64,000 bases of DNA from Gemmatimonadales bacterium (GTDB lineage Bacteria > Gemmatimonadota > Gemmatimonadetes > Gemmatimonadales > GWC2-71-9): the NCBI GenBank assembly GCA_050733195.1, contig JBOHSH010000003.1, forward strand, positions 908 to 64,907, in the 5' to 3' direction. Positions 8,154-16,893 of this stretch are shown here, piece by piece (positions within the stretch are counted from its first letter, which is position 1; every line of letters begins with the position of its first letter). Under the pieces are notes generated by a model. It was not told where the DNA came from and searched no databases. It saw only the letters and a program-made list of their open reading frames with translations. Both the position numbers and the translations under genes were made by a program.

Positions 8154-9772
8154 TGAGCGCCGCCCCCAGGACGGCCGGCACGGTCCTGCCGCTTGTGCGG
8201 GAGCTCCCCGGCGCGCCGGACCCGCTCTCGCTCTTCGCCGGCCTGGCGGAAGGCGGGCGGGCACCCGGAACGTTCCTGCTGGAATCGGGCGATTTCGCGG
8301 CGGGCTCGGGGGAGCGCAGCCTGCTCGGCGTGTCGGCGGCGCTCCACCTGCGGGCCGACGGGCGCGTCGTGACCGTCACCGCGCGATCCGAAAACGGACG
8401 CGCGATCCTGCCCTGGCTGGCCGACCGGCTCTCGACGGAGCGCCGCGGCGACACGCTGCGTGTGACGTATCCCTCGCCGCCGCCGGGGCCGCGGGACGAG
8501 TCGGCCCGCGTCACGCTCCCCTCGCCGCTCGATGCGCTGCGGGTGCTCACCTTCGGTCCCGCCCTGCTCGCCCGGCCGGCGGATGCGAGCTATCTCGCCG
8601 CCGGGACCTTCTCCTACGACCTGCTCGAGCTCTTCGAGCCGCTGCCCGAGGGGCGCCCCGAGCCGGCGCCGACGCCGCTGTTCGAGTTCGTGGTGCCGGA
8701 CCGGCTGATCATCGTGGACCATGCCCGCCATCGCACTCTGGTGGTGGCGCACGCCTTCGGCGGCGAGGCCGGAGCCACCAACTACCACCACGCGATGCAC
8801 GCCATCGGCGATCTGGTCGCCGCCGTCGAGACGGCACGACCCGCCGCTCCACCCGCGCCCCCGCCCGAGCGGGCCGCCGGGCCTTCCCCCGCGGTCGACG
8901 TCTCCGATGCCGAGTTCGGCGCGCTCGTCGAGCGGCTCAAGCGCCACATCGTCGCGGGAGACGTGTTCCAGATCGTCGCCTCGCGCACGTTCAGCCTGCC
9001 CTGCCCGGACCCCCTGGCCGCCTACGCCCGCCTCCGGCTCGCCAACCCGAGTCCCTACCTCTTCTACGTCCGTGGCGACGATTCCACGGTGTTCGGCGCT
9101 TCCCCGGAGACCGCGGTCCGGGTGCGCGGACGCCCGAGGCGCGTCACGATCCGCCCGATCGCCGGTACCGCCGGGCGTGGCAAGAAGCCGGACGGCACCA
9201 TCGATCCCGATCTGGACGCCCGTCGGGAAGCCGCGCTCCGGCTCGATGCGAAGGAAACGGCGGAGCACATGATGCTCGTGGATCTCGCCCGGAACGATGT
9301 CGCCAGGGTGAGCCGGCCGGGCACGCGCGCGGTCACCCGCCTCCTGACCGTGGACCGGTACGCGCACGTGATGCATCTCGTCTCCGAGGTGGAGGGCCAG
9401 CTCGCCCCGGAGCTCGACGCGCTCCACGCGTACGCGGCGGCGATGAACATGGGGACACTCGTGGGCGCCCCGAAGGTGCGGGCCGCGCAGCTGCTCCGGG
9501 ACGTCGAGACGTCGCGGCGGGGCGCGTACGGCGGAGCGGTGGGCTATGTCACCCACGACGGCGAGATGGATACGGCCATCGTGATCCGGGCCGCCGTCGT
9601 GCGGGACGGCGTCGCCAGGGTGCGCGCCGGCGCGGGGATCGTCTACGACTCGACGCCCGAGGGCGAAGCGCAGGAGACCCGGCGGAAGGCCGAGGCCGTC
9701 GTTCAGGCCGTTCGGGATGCGGGGTCGCCCGCTCCGGCCGCCGAGCCCGTGGCGGAAGCGGTCGGCCCATGA
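8153..9772 (+). CDS. trpE: anthranilate synthase component I
   Basis: The start overlaps the aroF stop (TGATG). C-terminal chorismate-binding motifs: GAYGGAVGY and IRAAVV...AGAGIVYDS. Confidence 0.92.
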   Translation: MSAAPRTAGTVLPLVRELPGAPDPLSLFAGLAEGGRAPGTFLLESGDFAAGSGERSLLGVSAALHLRADGRVVTVTARSENGRAILPWLADRLSTERRGDTLRVTYPSPPPGPRDESARVTLPSPLDALRVLTFGPALLARPADASYLAAGTFSYDLLELFEPLPEGRPEPAPTPLFEFVVPDRLIIVDHARHRTLVVAHAFGGEAGATNYHHAMHAIGDLVAAVETARPAAPPAPPPERAAGPSPAVDVSDAEFGALVERLKRHIVAGDVFQIVASRTFSLPCPDPLAAYARLRLANPSPYLFYVRGDDSTVFGASPETAVRVRGRPRRVTIRPIAGTAGRGKKPDGTIDPDLDARREAALRLDAKETAEHMMLVDLARNDVARVSRPGTRAVTRLLTVDRYAHVMHLVSEVEGQLAPELDALHAYAAAMNMGTLVGAPKVRAAQLLRDVETSRRGAYGGAVGYVTHDGEMDTAIVIRAAVVRDGVARVRAGAGIVYDSTPEGEAQETRRKAEAVVQAVRDAGSPAPAAEPVAEAVGP

Positions 9773-10368
9773 CCGCTCCCCGACTCCGCGTCGTCTTCGT
9801 GGACAACTTCGATTCGTTCACCTGGAACCTGGTGGACGAGTTCGCCCGGCGCGGGGCGGCGGTCGAAGTCTGGCGCAACACGACGCCGGCCGGGCATCTC
9901 CTCGACCGGGCGACCTCGGGAGACCGCGCACTTCTGGTGCTGTCCCCCGGGCCCGGCACCCCGCGCGACGCGGGCTGCTGCCTCGAGCTTCTCCGGCTCG
10001 CGGAAGGCCGGGCGCCCGTGTTAGGGGTGTGTCTCGGCCACCAGGCGATGGTGGAAGCGTTCGGGGGCGAGGTGGGGCCGGCCGGCGAGATCGTGCACGG
10101 CAAGACGTCGCGGGTCGTGCACTGCGGCGATCCGCTCTTCGACGGGGTGCCCTCCCCCTTCGTCGTCGGCCGCTACCACTCGCTGGCGGCGAGCCGGATG
10201 CCCGACCGCCTCGCCGTCACCGCGACGACGGGCGACGTGGTCATGGCGCTCCGGCATCGGTCGGCGCCCATGGTCGGCGTCCAGTTCCACCCGGAGTCGA
10301 TCCTCACTCCCGAGGGCGGGCGGATCATCGAAAACGTCATCGCCTGGGCGGCCGATGCGGGTCGGTGA
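9769..10368 (+). CDS. trpG: anthranilate synthase component II (glutamine amidotransferase)
   Basis: ATGA overlap with trpE. Motifs VVFVDNFDSFTWNLV, LGVCLGHQ (catalytic Cys) and VQFHPES. Confidence 0.92.
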   Translation: MTAPRLRVVFVDNFDSFTWNLVDEFARRGAAVEVWRNTTPAGHLLDRATSGDRALLVLSPGPGTPRDAGCCLELLRLAEGRAPVLGVCLGHQAMVEAFGGEVGPAGEIVHGKTSRVVHCGDPLFDGVPSPFVVGRYHSLAASRMPDRLAVTATTGDVVMALRHRSAPMVGVQFHPESILTPEGGRIIENVIAWAADAGR

Positions 10369-11368
10369 CGTGCTCGAGGCCCTCGCCCGCGGCTCCCTCT
10401 CGCGCGCCGAGAGCGAAGCCACGTTCCGGCACCTGGTGGCCGGCGGGTACGGCGAGCCCGAGATCGCCGCCATCCTGGCGGCGCTCAAGACCCGCGGCGA
10501 GACGCCCGAGGTCATGGCCGGAGCCGTCGAGGCCCTTCTCGCGTCGGCGGTGCCCTTTCCCCGCCCCGACTATCGCTTCGCGGACTGCTGCGGAACAGGC
10601 GGAGACGGCACCGGCACGGTGAACATCTCGACCGCGGCCGCGTTCGTCGCCGCCGAGCTCGGGATCCCCATCGCCAAGACCGGCAACCGCTCGGTGTCGT
10701 CACGATGCGGCTCCGCGGACGTGCTGGAGCGGCTCGGGGTCCGCCTCGATCCGCCCCCGGACGTCGCCCGGCGGTGTCTCGACCGGATCGGCGTCTGCTT
10801 CGTCTTCGCCCCGCAATACCATCCCGGCGTCCGCCACGCCGCGCCGGTGCGGCGCGCCCTCGGCGTCCGCACCGTGTTCAACCTCGTCGGCCCCATCGCG
10901 AACGCCGCGCGCCCCGCCTGGCAGATGATGGGGATCTACGATCCGGAGCTCTGCGTGCCGGCGGCCCGCGCGCTCGGCCTGGTCGGACGGGATGTCGCCC
11001 TGGTGGTGCATGGGAGCGGCGTGGACGAAGTGGCGCTGCACGGGACGACCCGGGGTGCGCTCCTCCGTGACGGAGACGTTCGCGAGGTCACGATTTCGCC
11101 CGAGGACGCCGGCCTCACGCGGGCGCCGATCGACGCGTTGCGCGGCGGCGGACCCGAGGAGAACGCCGAGTGGATGGTGACCCTCCTCGAGGGTCGCGCG
11201 GCCGACCCCCGGCGCGACGCCGTGGCGCTCAACGTCGGCGCCCTCGCGTGGGCGGTGGGACGGGCTCCGTCACTGGCGAAAGCGACGGCGCTCGCGGCCG
11301 AGGCGATCGCCGGGGGAGGCGGAGCCCGGCGGCTCGAACGGCTGGTGGAGGAGAGCCGTGGCGCTTGA
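10355..11368 (+). CDS. trpD: anthranilate phosphoribosyltransferase
   Basis: Motifs CGTGGDGTGTVNISTAAAFV, KTGNRSVSSRCGSADVLE and VFNLVGP. Confidence 0.92.
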   Translation: MRVGDVLEALARGSLSRAESEATFRHLVAGGYGEPEIAAILAALKTRGETPEVMAGAVEALLASAVPFPRPDYRFADCCGTGGDGTGTVNISTAAAFVAAELGIPIAKTGNRSVSSRCGSADVLERLGVRLDPPPDVARRCLDRIGVCFVFAPQYHPGVRHAAPVRRALGVRTVFNLVGPIANAARPAWQMMGIYDPELCVPAARALGLVGRDVALVVHGSGVDEVALHGTTRGALLRDGDVREVTISPEDAGLTRAPIDALRGGGPEENAEWMVTLLEGRAADPRRDAVALNVGALAWAVGRAPSLAKATALAAEAIAGGGGARRLERLVEESRGA

Positions 11369-12746
11369 CGCCATTCTCGCGCACAAGCGCGAGGAAGTCG
11401 CGCGCCGCAAGGCCGCGGTCTCCCTCGAGGCGCACCTCGCGGCGTGCGAGCCCACCCGCCGCGATTTCGCCGCGGCGCTCCGAGCCGGACGGCCGGGTTT
11501 TATTCTGGAAGCGAAGTTCTCCTCCCCGTCCGAGGGTACCATCCGCCCCGGTCGTGACCTCGCCCAGGTCCTCGAGAGCTACGGCCGCCACGCGGACGCG
11601 ATCTCGGTCCTCACCGACGAGCGATTCTTCGGGGGTTCACTCGAGCGGCTGGCGCAAGCCCGGCTCGCAGTGAACCAGCCGTTGCTATGCAAGGACTTCA
11701 TTCTCGAGCCCTACCAGGTCGCCGAGGCCCGGCGTTTCGGCGCGGACGCGATCCTGCTCATCCTGGCCGCGGTGGACGACGAGACCTGGCGCGCCGCGGC
11801 AGCGCTCGCGGAACGGCTGGGCATGGCGGTGCTCACCGAGGTGCACGACGAGCAGCAGCTGGACCGGGCGCTGGGTCTCGAGGCGGGGATCATCGGTGTC
11901 AACAGCCGCAACCTGCGCACGCTCGCGATCGATCCGGACACGGTCGGGCGGCTGGCCCCGCGGATTCCGGCCGACCGCCTCGTGGTGGCGGAGTCCGGCA
12001 TCCGGTCGCGGGCCGACATCGAGCGGTTGCGGCCCCATGCCGACGCGGTCCTGATCGGCACCGCGCTCATGCGCGAGCCGGACCTCGACGCGGCAGTGCG
12101 GCAGCTCGTCTACGGACGCACCAAGATCTGCGGCCTCATGCGGGAGGAGGACGCGCGCGCCGCGCTCTTGGCGGGAGCGACGCACGGCGGGCTCGTGTTC
12201 GTCGATCGTTCGCCGCGGCGCGTCGATCGCGCGAACGCCCGCCGGGTCCGGGAGGGAGCGCCGCTCCAGTGGGTGGGCCTCTTCGCCGGAGCGCTCGTCG
12301 ACGAGGTAGCCTCCGCCGCCGGCGAGCTCGGCTTGAGCGCCGTGCAGCTCTACGAGTACGACCCCGGCGCCGTCGGTCGCCTTCGCGCGGCGCTTCCCGA
12401 AGCCTGTGAGACGTGGGTGGCCGTCCAGGCCTCGGAGGGAATTCCGGCGCGCGAGGAGACGGGCGCGGAGCGGTTGCTCGTCGACGCCGCCTCCGGCGAG
12501 CGGCTGGGCGGCAGCGGCCGGAGCTTCGACTGGGAGCTCCTCCGGGACCGCGCGGATCGGAGCGAGCTGGTCCTCGCCGGAGGCATCCGGACGGAGAATG
12601 TCTCACGCGCGGTCGAGACGGGGGCCTGGGCGCTCGACCTGAGCTCGGGCGTGGAACAGGCTCCGGGCCGCAAGGATCCGGATCGACTGCGCGAGTTCTT
12701 CTCCCGGCGCCGCCGCCTTCCGGGACGCGGGGACCTCACGCCATGA
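11358..12746 (+). CDS. trpC: bifunctional indole-3-glycerol-phosphate synthase / phosphoribosylanthranilate isomerase
   Basis: 462 aa. The N-terminal half has IGPS motifs ([29 protein letters not shown]). The C-terminal half is PRAI-like (KICGL...DLSSGVE). Confidence 0.88.
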   Translation: MALDAILAHKREEVARRKAAVSLEAHLAACEPTRRDFAAALRAGRPGFILEAKFSSPSEGTIRPGRDLAQVLESYGRHADAISVLTDERFFGGSLERLAQARLAVNQPLLCKDFILEPYQVAEARRFGADAILLILAAVDDETWRAAAALAERLGMAVLTEVHDEQQLDRALGLEAGIIGVNSRNLRTLAIDPDTVGRLAPRIPADRLVVAESGIRSRADIERLRPHADAVLIGTALMREPDLDAAVRQLVYGRTKICGLMREEDARAALLAGATHGGLVFVDRSPRRVDRANARRVREGAPLQWVGLFAGALVDEVASAAGELGLSAVQLYEYDPGAVGRLRAALPEACETWVAVQASEGIPAREETGAERLLVDAASGERLGGSGRSFDWELLRDRADRSELVLAGGIRTENVSRAVETGAWALDLSSGVEQAPGRKDPDRLREFFSRRRRLPGRGDLTP

Positions 12747-13954
12747 GACTCTCCGGACGCTTCGGCCGGTTCGGCGGGACCTATGTGCCCGAGATCCTCA
12801 TGCCGGCCCTCGAGCAGCTCGAGGCGGCGTTCCTCGACGCCCGCGAAGACCCCGCGTTCCAGGCGGAGCTCGGGGACCTGCTGCGGAGCTACGCGGGACG
12901 CCCCACGCCGCTCTATCGCTGCCGGAACCTGGTCGCGGCGGCCCTCGCCGGCACCGCGGGGAATCCCGCGACGCGTCTCTACCTCAAGCGCGAGGATCTG
13001 CTCCACGGAGGCGCGCACAAGACCAACCAGGCGCTCGGGCAGGGGCTCCTGGCGCGGCGGATGGGCAAGCGCCGATTGATCGCGGAGACCGGTGCCGGCC
13101 AGCACGGGGTGGCGACCGCGCTCACGGGCGCGGTGCTCGGGCTCGAGACCCGCGTGTACATGGGCTCCGTCGACATGGAGCGGCAGCGCGCCAACGTTCA
13201 CCGCATGCGCCTCATGGGCGCCGAAGTCGTCCCGGTGGAGACGGGCTCCCGAACGCTCAAGGATGCCATCAACGAGGCGCTCCGCGACTGGTCGGCCAGC
13301 TACGAGCACACACACTACCTGCTCGGGACCGTGGCCGGTCCGCATCCCTTTCCCCTGCTCGTGCGCGACCTCCAGCGCGTCATCGGCGACGAAGCGAAAG
13401 AGCAGTTCCTCGAGGCGGAAGGCCGCCTCCCCGACGTCGTGATCGCGTGCGTCGGCGGCGGCTCGAACGCCATGGGCATCTTCACCGCATTCCTCGGCGA
13501 CCCGACCGCGCTCGTCGGGGTGGAGGCCGCGGGCGAGGGCCTGGAGACGGGCCGGCACTGCGCCACGCTCACCCGCGGGCGGCCGGGCGTACTGCACGGC
13601 TCCTACAGCGACACGCTGCAGGATGAGGAGGGCCAGATCGGGGAGAGCCACTCGATCTCCGCGGGGCTCGACTATCCCGGAGTCGGACCGGAGCATTCGT
13701 GGCTCAAGGAGACCGGCCGGGCGATCTACACGACCCGCACCGATCGCGAGGCGCTGGACGCCTTCGAGCTCCTCGCCCGCTCCGAAGGCATCCTTCCGGC
13801 CCTCGAGTCGGCGCACGCACTCGCCGAGGCCGTCTCGCGCGCCCGCGGGGCGACGACGACGCTCCGGATCCTGGTGAACCTGAGTGGACGAGGGGACAAG
13901 GATCTCGAGACCGTACTCGGCGCGCGCGGCGTGCCCGGGAGCGTGCCGGCGTGA
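12743..13954 (+). CDS. trpB: tryptophan synthase beta chain
   Basis: ATG 12743 overlaps the trpC(F) stop (ATGA). Motifs [21 protein letters not shown] (PLP Lys) and GGGSNAMG. Confidence 0.95.
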   Translation: MRLSGRFGRFGGTYVPEILMPALEQLEAAFLDAREDPAFQAELGDLLRSYAGRPTPLYRCRNLVAAALAGTAGNPATRLYLKREDLLHGGAHKTNQALGQGLLARRMGKRRLIAETGAGQHGVATALTGAVLGLETRVYMGSVDMERQRANVHRMRLMGAEVVPVETGSRTLKDAINEALRDWSASYEHTHYLLGTVAGPHPFPLLVRDLQRVIGDEAKEQFLEAEGRLPDVVIACVGGGSNAMGIFTAFLGDPTALVGVEAAGEGLETGRHCATLTRGRPGVLHGSYSDTLQDEEGQIGESHSISAGLDYPGVGPEHSWLKETGRAIYTTRTDREALDAFELLARSEGILPALESAHALAEAVSRARGATTTLRILVNLSGRGDKDLETVLGARGVPGSVPA

Positions 13955-14790
13955 GCACACCGGGACAGCGCTATACGGCGATGTTCGCGCGCCTCGAGGC
14001 GGTGGACGAGGGCGCGTTCATTCCGTTCGTCACCCTCGGCGATCCGGATCCCGGGCGGAGTCTCGCGGTCGTCCGCATCCTCGCCGAGTCCGGCGCGGAC
14101 GCCCTCGAGCTGGGCCTGCCCTTTTCCGATCCCATCGCCGACGGTCCGGTCATTCAGGCCGCCGCGGGGCGCGCGTTAGGAGCCGGGGTGCGCCGCACCG
14201 ATTGCTGGGCCATCCTCCGGCGGGTCCGCGACGGCCATCCGGATCTTCCCCTCGGTCTCCTGGTCTATGCCAATCTGGTGCTGCACCGCGACCCCGCCGC
14301 GTTCTACGGCGAGGCCTCCTCGGCCGGCGTCGACTCCGTGCTCGTGGCCGATCTCCCGGTGGCCGAGTCGGCGGCCGCGGCGGACGCGGCGCGACGCGCG
14401 GGGATCGCCCCCGTCTTCATCGCGCCGCCCAACGCCGACGAGCTCCGGCTCCAGGCCATCGCGCGCACCGGCAGCGCCTACACCTACGTGACCTCGCGGG
14501 AGGGCGTGACCGGCGCGGACGAGCGGCTGCGTCGGAATCAGTCGGCGCTCATCTCGCGCCTCCGCGCGCTCGGGGCTCCGCCTCCCGTCCTCGGATTCGG
14601 CATCGCGCAGCCGGACCATGTGCGCGCCGCGCTCGCGATGGGAGCGGCGGGCGCGATCAGCGGGTCCGCGGTGGTGCGGCGAATCGCCGAGCATCTGCAC
14701 GACGAATCCCGGATGCTCTCGGCCGTGCGCATGTTCGTGGCCGACATGAAGGAGGCCACCCGTCGCGCATCGGCTGCCCTCAGGCCGTAA
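13951..14790 (+). CDS. trpA: tryptophan synthase alpha chain
   Basis: GTG 13951 overlaps the trpB stop (GTGA). Motifs [28 protein letters not shown] and GFGI. Confidence 0.92.
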   Translation: MSTPGQRYTAMFARLEAVDEGAFIPFVTLGDPDPGRSLAVVRILAESGADALELGLPFSDPIADGPVIQAAAGRALGAGVRRTDCWAILRRVRDGHPDLPLGLLVYANLVLHRDPAAFYGEASSAGVDSVLVADLPVAESAAAADAARRAGIAPVFIAPPNADELRLQAIARTGSAYTYVTSREGVTGADERLRRNQSALISRLRALGAPPPVLGFGIAQPDHVRAALAMGAAGAISGSAVVRRIAEHLHDESRMLSAVRMFVADMKEATRRASAALRP

Positions 14791-14796
14791 CTGGAA

Positions 14797-14910
14797 CCAC
14801 AGATTACACAGATTGCACAGATTGTATGGTTGTTGACGACCGAATCGGTGGACTTCTTACTGAGCTGCCACCATCTGGGTCATCTGTGAAATCTGTGGTT
14901 GATCTGTAAC
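14797..14910. repeat. inverted tandem nonamer arrays (CACAGATTN x3 / NAATCTGTG-like x4) around a 49-bp spacer
   Basis: Left arm 14797-14823: CCACAGATT ACACAGATT GCACAGATT. Right arm 14873-14910: ATCTG cores at 14873, 14882, 14891 and 14902. Lies between the trpA stop (14790) and the SD/GTG of the M20 gene (14921/14935). Confidence 0.85.
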
Positions 14911-14934
14911 GGGCTTCATCGGAGAGGAGTCGCC

Positions 14935-16206
14935 GTGCTTCCGCCCGTCCGCGCATACCATCGAGCCGTCTGTCTCGCCGGAGCACTGCTGTTTCTGCCT
15001 GCCGCGCTGGCCGGCCAGGCCTCCGTGCCGGACCGCGATCCCACGGTGCGGCGCGCCCTTGATCTCCTGCGCGACCAGAACGCCTGGACCCTCGAGCAGC
15101 AGACCTCGATCTGCGAGATTCCGGCCCCGCCGTTCAGCGAGACGCGGCGAGGCGTCGAGCTGGCGGCGCGGTTCCGGGCGCTCGGTCTCGTCAACGTGCG
15201 CACCGACAGCGCCGGCAACGTGATCGGGGAGCGGCCCGGCTCCGGCGGGGGACGGCGCGTGGTCCTCTCGGCGCACCTCGACACGGTGTTTCCCGAGAGC
15301 ACCGACGTCCGGGTTCGGCGGGACGGCACTCGCTACCGCGGCCCGGGCATCGGCGACGACTGCCGGGGTCTCGCCGTGATGCTCGCCGTGGCTCGCGCGA
15401 TCGGGGAGGCCGGCACTCGCGCCCGCGGGGATCTCGTCTTCGTCGGTACCGTCGGCGAGGAGGGTCCCGGCAACCTGCGAGGCGTCCGCTACCTGTTCGA
15501 GCGCGGCTCGGCCGGGCGCATCGACGGGTTCATCTCGATCGACGGCACCGGTCTCGGGCTCACCTCGCGCGCGGTGGGCAGTCACCGGTACACCGTCACC
15601 ATCCGCGGCCCGGGCGGGCACAGCTACGGCGACTTCGGCATGCCGAATCCGATCCACGCCATCGGCCGCGCGATCGCCGCGATTGGAGAGTTCGAGGTTC
15701 CGGCCTCGCCACGCACGACGTTCAACGTGGGCCTCATCCGCGGCGGCACCTCGGTCAACTCGATCCCGATGAGCGGGGCGATGGACGTGGATCTCCGCTC
15801 CGAATCGCAGACGGCGCTCGACTCGCTGGACGCCGCGCTGCGCCGCGCGGTGGCTTCCGCGGTCGCGGCGGAGCAGGCGCGATGGCCGGCCTCCAGCGCC
15901 AGGCTCGAGGCCGTCTGGGAAGTGATCGGCAAACGGCCCGCGGGGGCGCAGCCCGACGAGGCGCCCATCGTGCAGGCGGCGATCGCGGCCGGTCGCGCGC
16001 TGGGATTCTCGCCTCGCACGTCGGCGTCGAGCACCGACGCGAACATCCCGATCAGCCTGGGTGTCCCTGCGGTCACCCTGGACGGCGGCGGCCGCGGTGA
16101 CGGGGCGCATTCGCTCTCGGAGTGGTACGACGACGGCCCCGAGGGATGGAAGGGGCCGCAGTGGGCGCTGTTGACTGTGCTGATGCTTGCCGGGTGGAAC
16201 AGGTAA
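14935..16206 (+). CDS. M20 family metallopeptidase (peptidase T / ArgE-DapE-like), secreted
   Basis: Track ORF 14899..16206 starts at a TTG inside the repeat. GTG 14935 is preferred because it is preceded by GGAGAGGAG (14921-14929). Motifs LSAHLDTVF, GIGDDCRG, GTVGEEGPGNLRG and GGRGDGAHS. Confidence 0.8.
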   Translation: MLPPVRAYHRAVCLAGALLFLPAALAGQASVPDRDPTVRRALDLLRDQNAWTLEQQTSICEIPAPPFSETRRGVELAARFRALGLVNVRTDSAGNVIGERPGSGGGRRVVLSAHLDTVFPESTDVRVRRDGTRYRGPGIGDDCRGLAVMLAVARAIGEAGTRARGDLVFVGTVGEEGPGNLRGVRYLFERGSAGRIDGFISIDGTGLGLTSRAVGSHRYTVTIRGPGGHSYGDFGMPNPIHAIGRAIAAIGEFEVPASPRTTFNVGLIRGGTSVNSIPMSGAMDVDLRSESQTALDSLDAALRRAVASAVAAEQARWPASSARLEAVWEVIGKRPAGAQPDEAPIVQAAIAAGRALGFSPRTSASSTDANIPISLGVPAVTLDGGGRGDGAHSLSEWYDDGPEGWKGPQWALLTVLMLAGWNR

Positions 16207-16351
16207 CGGGGAACGGGGAACAGGGAACGGGGAACGGGAATGATCACCGGCAACAAGTCACTCGTCACCCGTTCCCTGTTCCCTGCTCCCTGTTCCCTGT
16301 TCCCCGTTCCCCGTTCCCTGTTCCCTGTTCCCCGTTCCCCGTTCCCCGGTC
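16202..16351. repeat. inverted tandem heptamer arrays: (GGGAACG-like) x5 and (CCYGTTC) x12
   Basis: Left arm 16202-16238. Right arm 16268-16351, 12 units with a strict 7-nt period. Fills the whole gap between the convergent stops at 16206 and 16351. The G-runs satisfy a G3+N3-4 quadruplex pattern on both strands. Confidence 0.9.
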
Positions 16352-16812
16352 TACCACGGCCAGCCCGCGGGGCGCTTCTCCAGCAGCAGAACGATCGGAG
16401 CCTTGAGGTCACCGGCGAAGATGGTCGACTCGAGCGGATGGGTCCGGTCGAGGTCGTCCCGGCTCGCGCCGACCAGCATCGTGAAGGTGAGGTGGAGGAT
16501 CGGCTGGTCGAGCAGCGCCGGCGGAGGCACCCGCGGGGGCCCGAAGCTCATCCCGTCGCGAACCGCGGAGGCCACCCGCCCCGAGATGAACACCGGCTGG
16601 TCGACCAGGGCTTGTAGCATCCGGTAGGTCAGGGTTGTGGATTCCCCGCCACGGGTGACGACCCCGAAAACCGGGGCGTCGAACCGTCCGGTCCGCGCAA
16701 ACAGCGCCACGCCGTAGCCGAAGCACTCCCCGCTATCGTTCGCGGTATCAAGGGTTTCCGTCAGCAATTCGTGGACGGGAACCAGGTTTTTCGGAATGGG
16801 ATCGACGTTCAT
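16351..16812 (-). CDS. hypothetical protein (153 aa), no recognisable domain
   Basis: Clean ORF 81 nt downstream of the histidine kinase on the same strand. No motif recognised. Confidence 0.55.
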   Translation of the reverse strand: MNVDPIPKNLVPVHELLTETLDTANDSGECFGYGVALFARTGRFDAPVFGVVTRGGESTTLTYRMLQALVDQPVFISGRVASAVRDGMSFGPPRVPPPALLDQPILHLTFTMLVGASRDDLDRTHPLESTIFAGDLKAPIVLLLEKRPAGWPW

Positions 16813-16893
16813 GGCCAGGCCTCGATGACGCGGAGTCCGGGACTCCGTTGCCCCCTGTCAGACCGGGGGGCAGGTCCCGGGCCAGCCACGGTT

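Noticed and set aside
7925-9556. A 543-aa ORF antisense to trpE. Similar large shadow ORFs occur at 7050-8264, 12350-13960, 14857-16110, 16748-19759, 21331-23922, 27439-29934, 30576-32006, 33046-35196, 36029-37462, 39997-41718, 44590-46587, 46720-48150, 49401-51287, 54570-57299, 57763-60036 and 62631-63941.
   Set aside because: Each one overlaps a gene whose product carries unambiguous family motifs on the other strand or in another frame. Their translations are R/P/G/A/H/D-rich and motif-free. I treat them as GC-driven open frames.
16202-16351. A possible CRISPR array or minisatellite-like mobile element.
   Set aside because: The units are 7 nt with no unique spacers, and there are no cas genes or leader. 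No terminal inverted repeats with target-site duplications and no transposase are seen either. I classify it as a tandem simple repeat family instead.
16122-16412. ORFs translating the heptamer arrays into repeat peptides ([11 protein letters not shown]..., [16 protein letters not shown]...).
   Set aside because: A 7-nt period cycles through all three frames, which is what produces these pseudo-repeats. There is no start context, the arrays sit between two convergent stop codons, and the same DNA units occur at six other non-coding sites.
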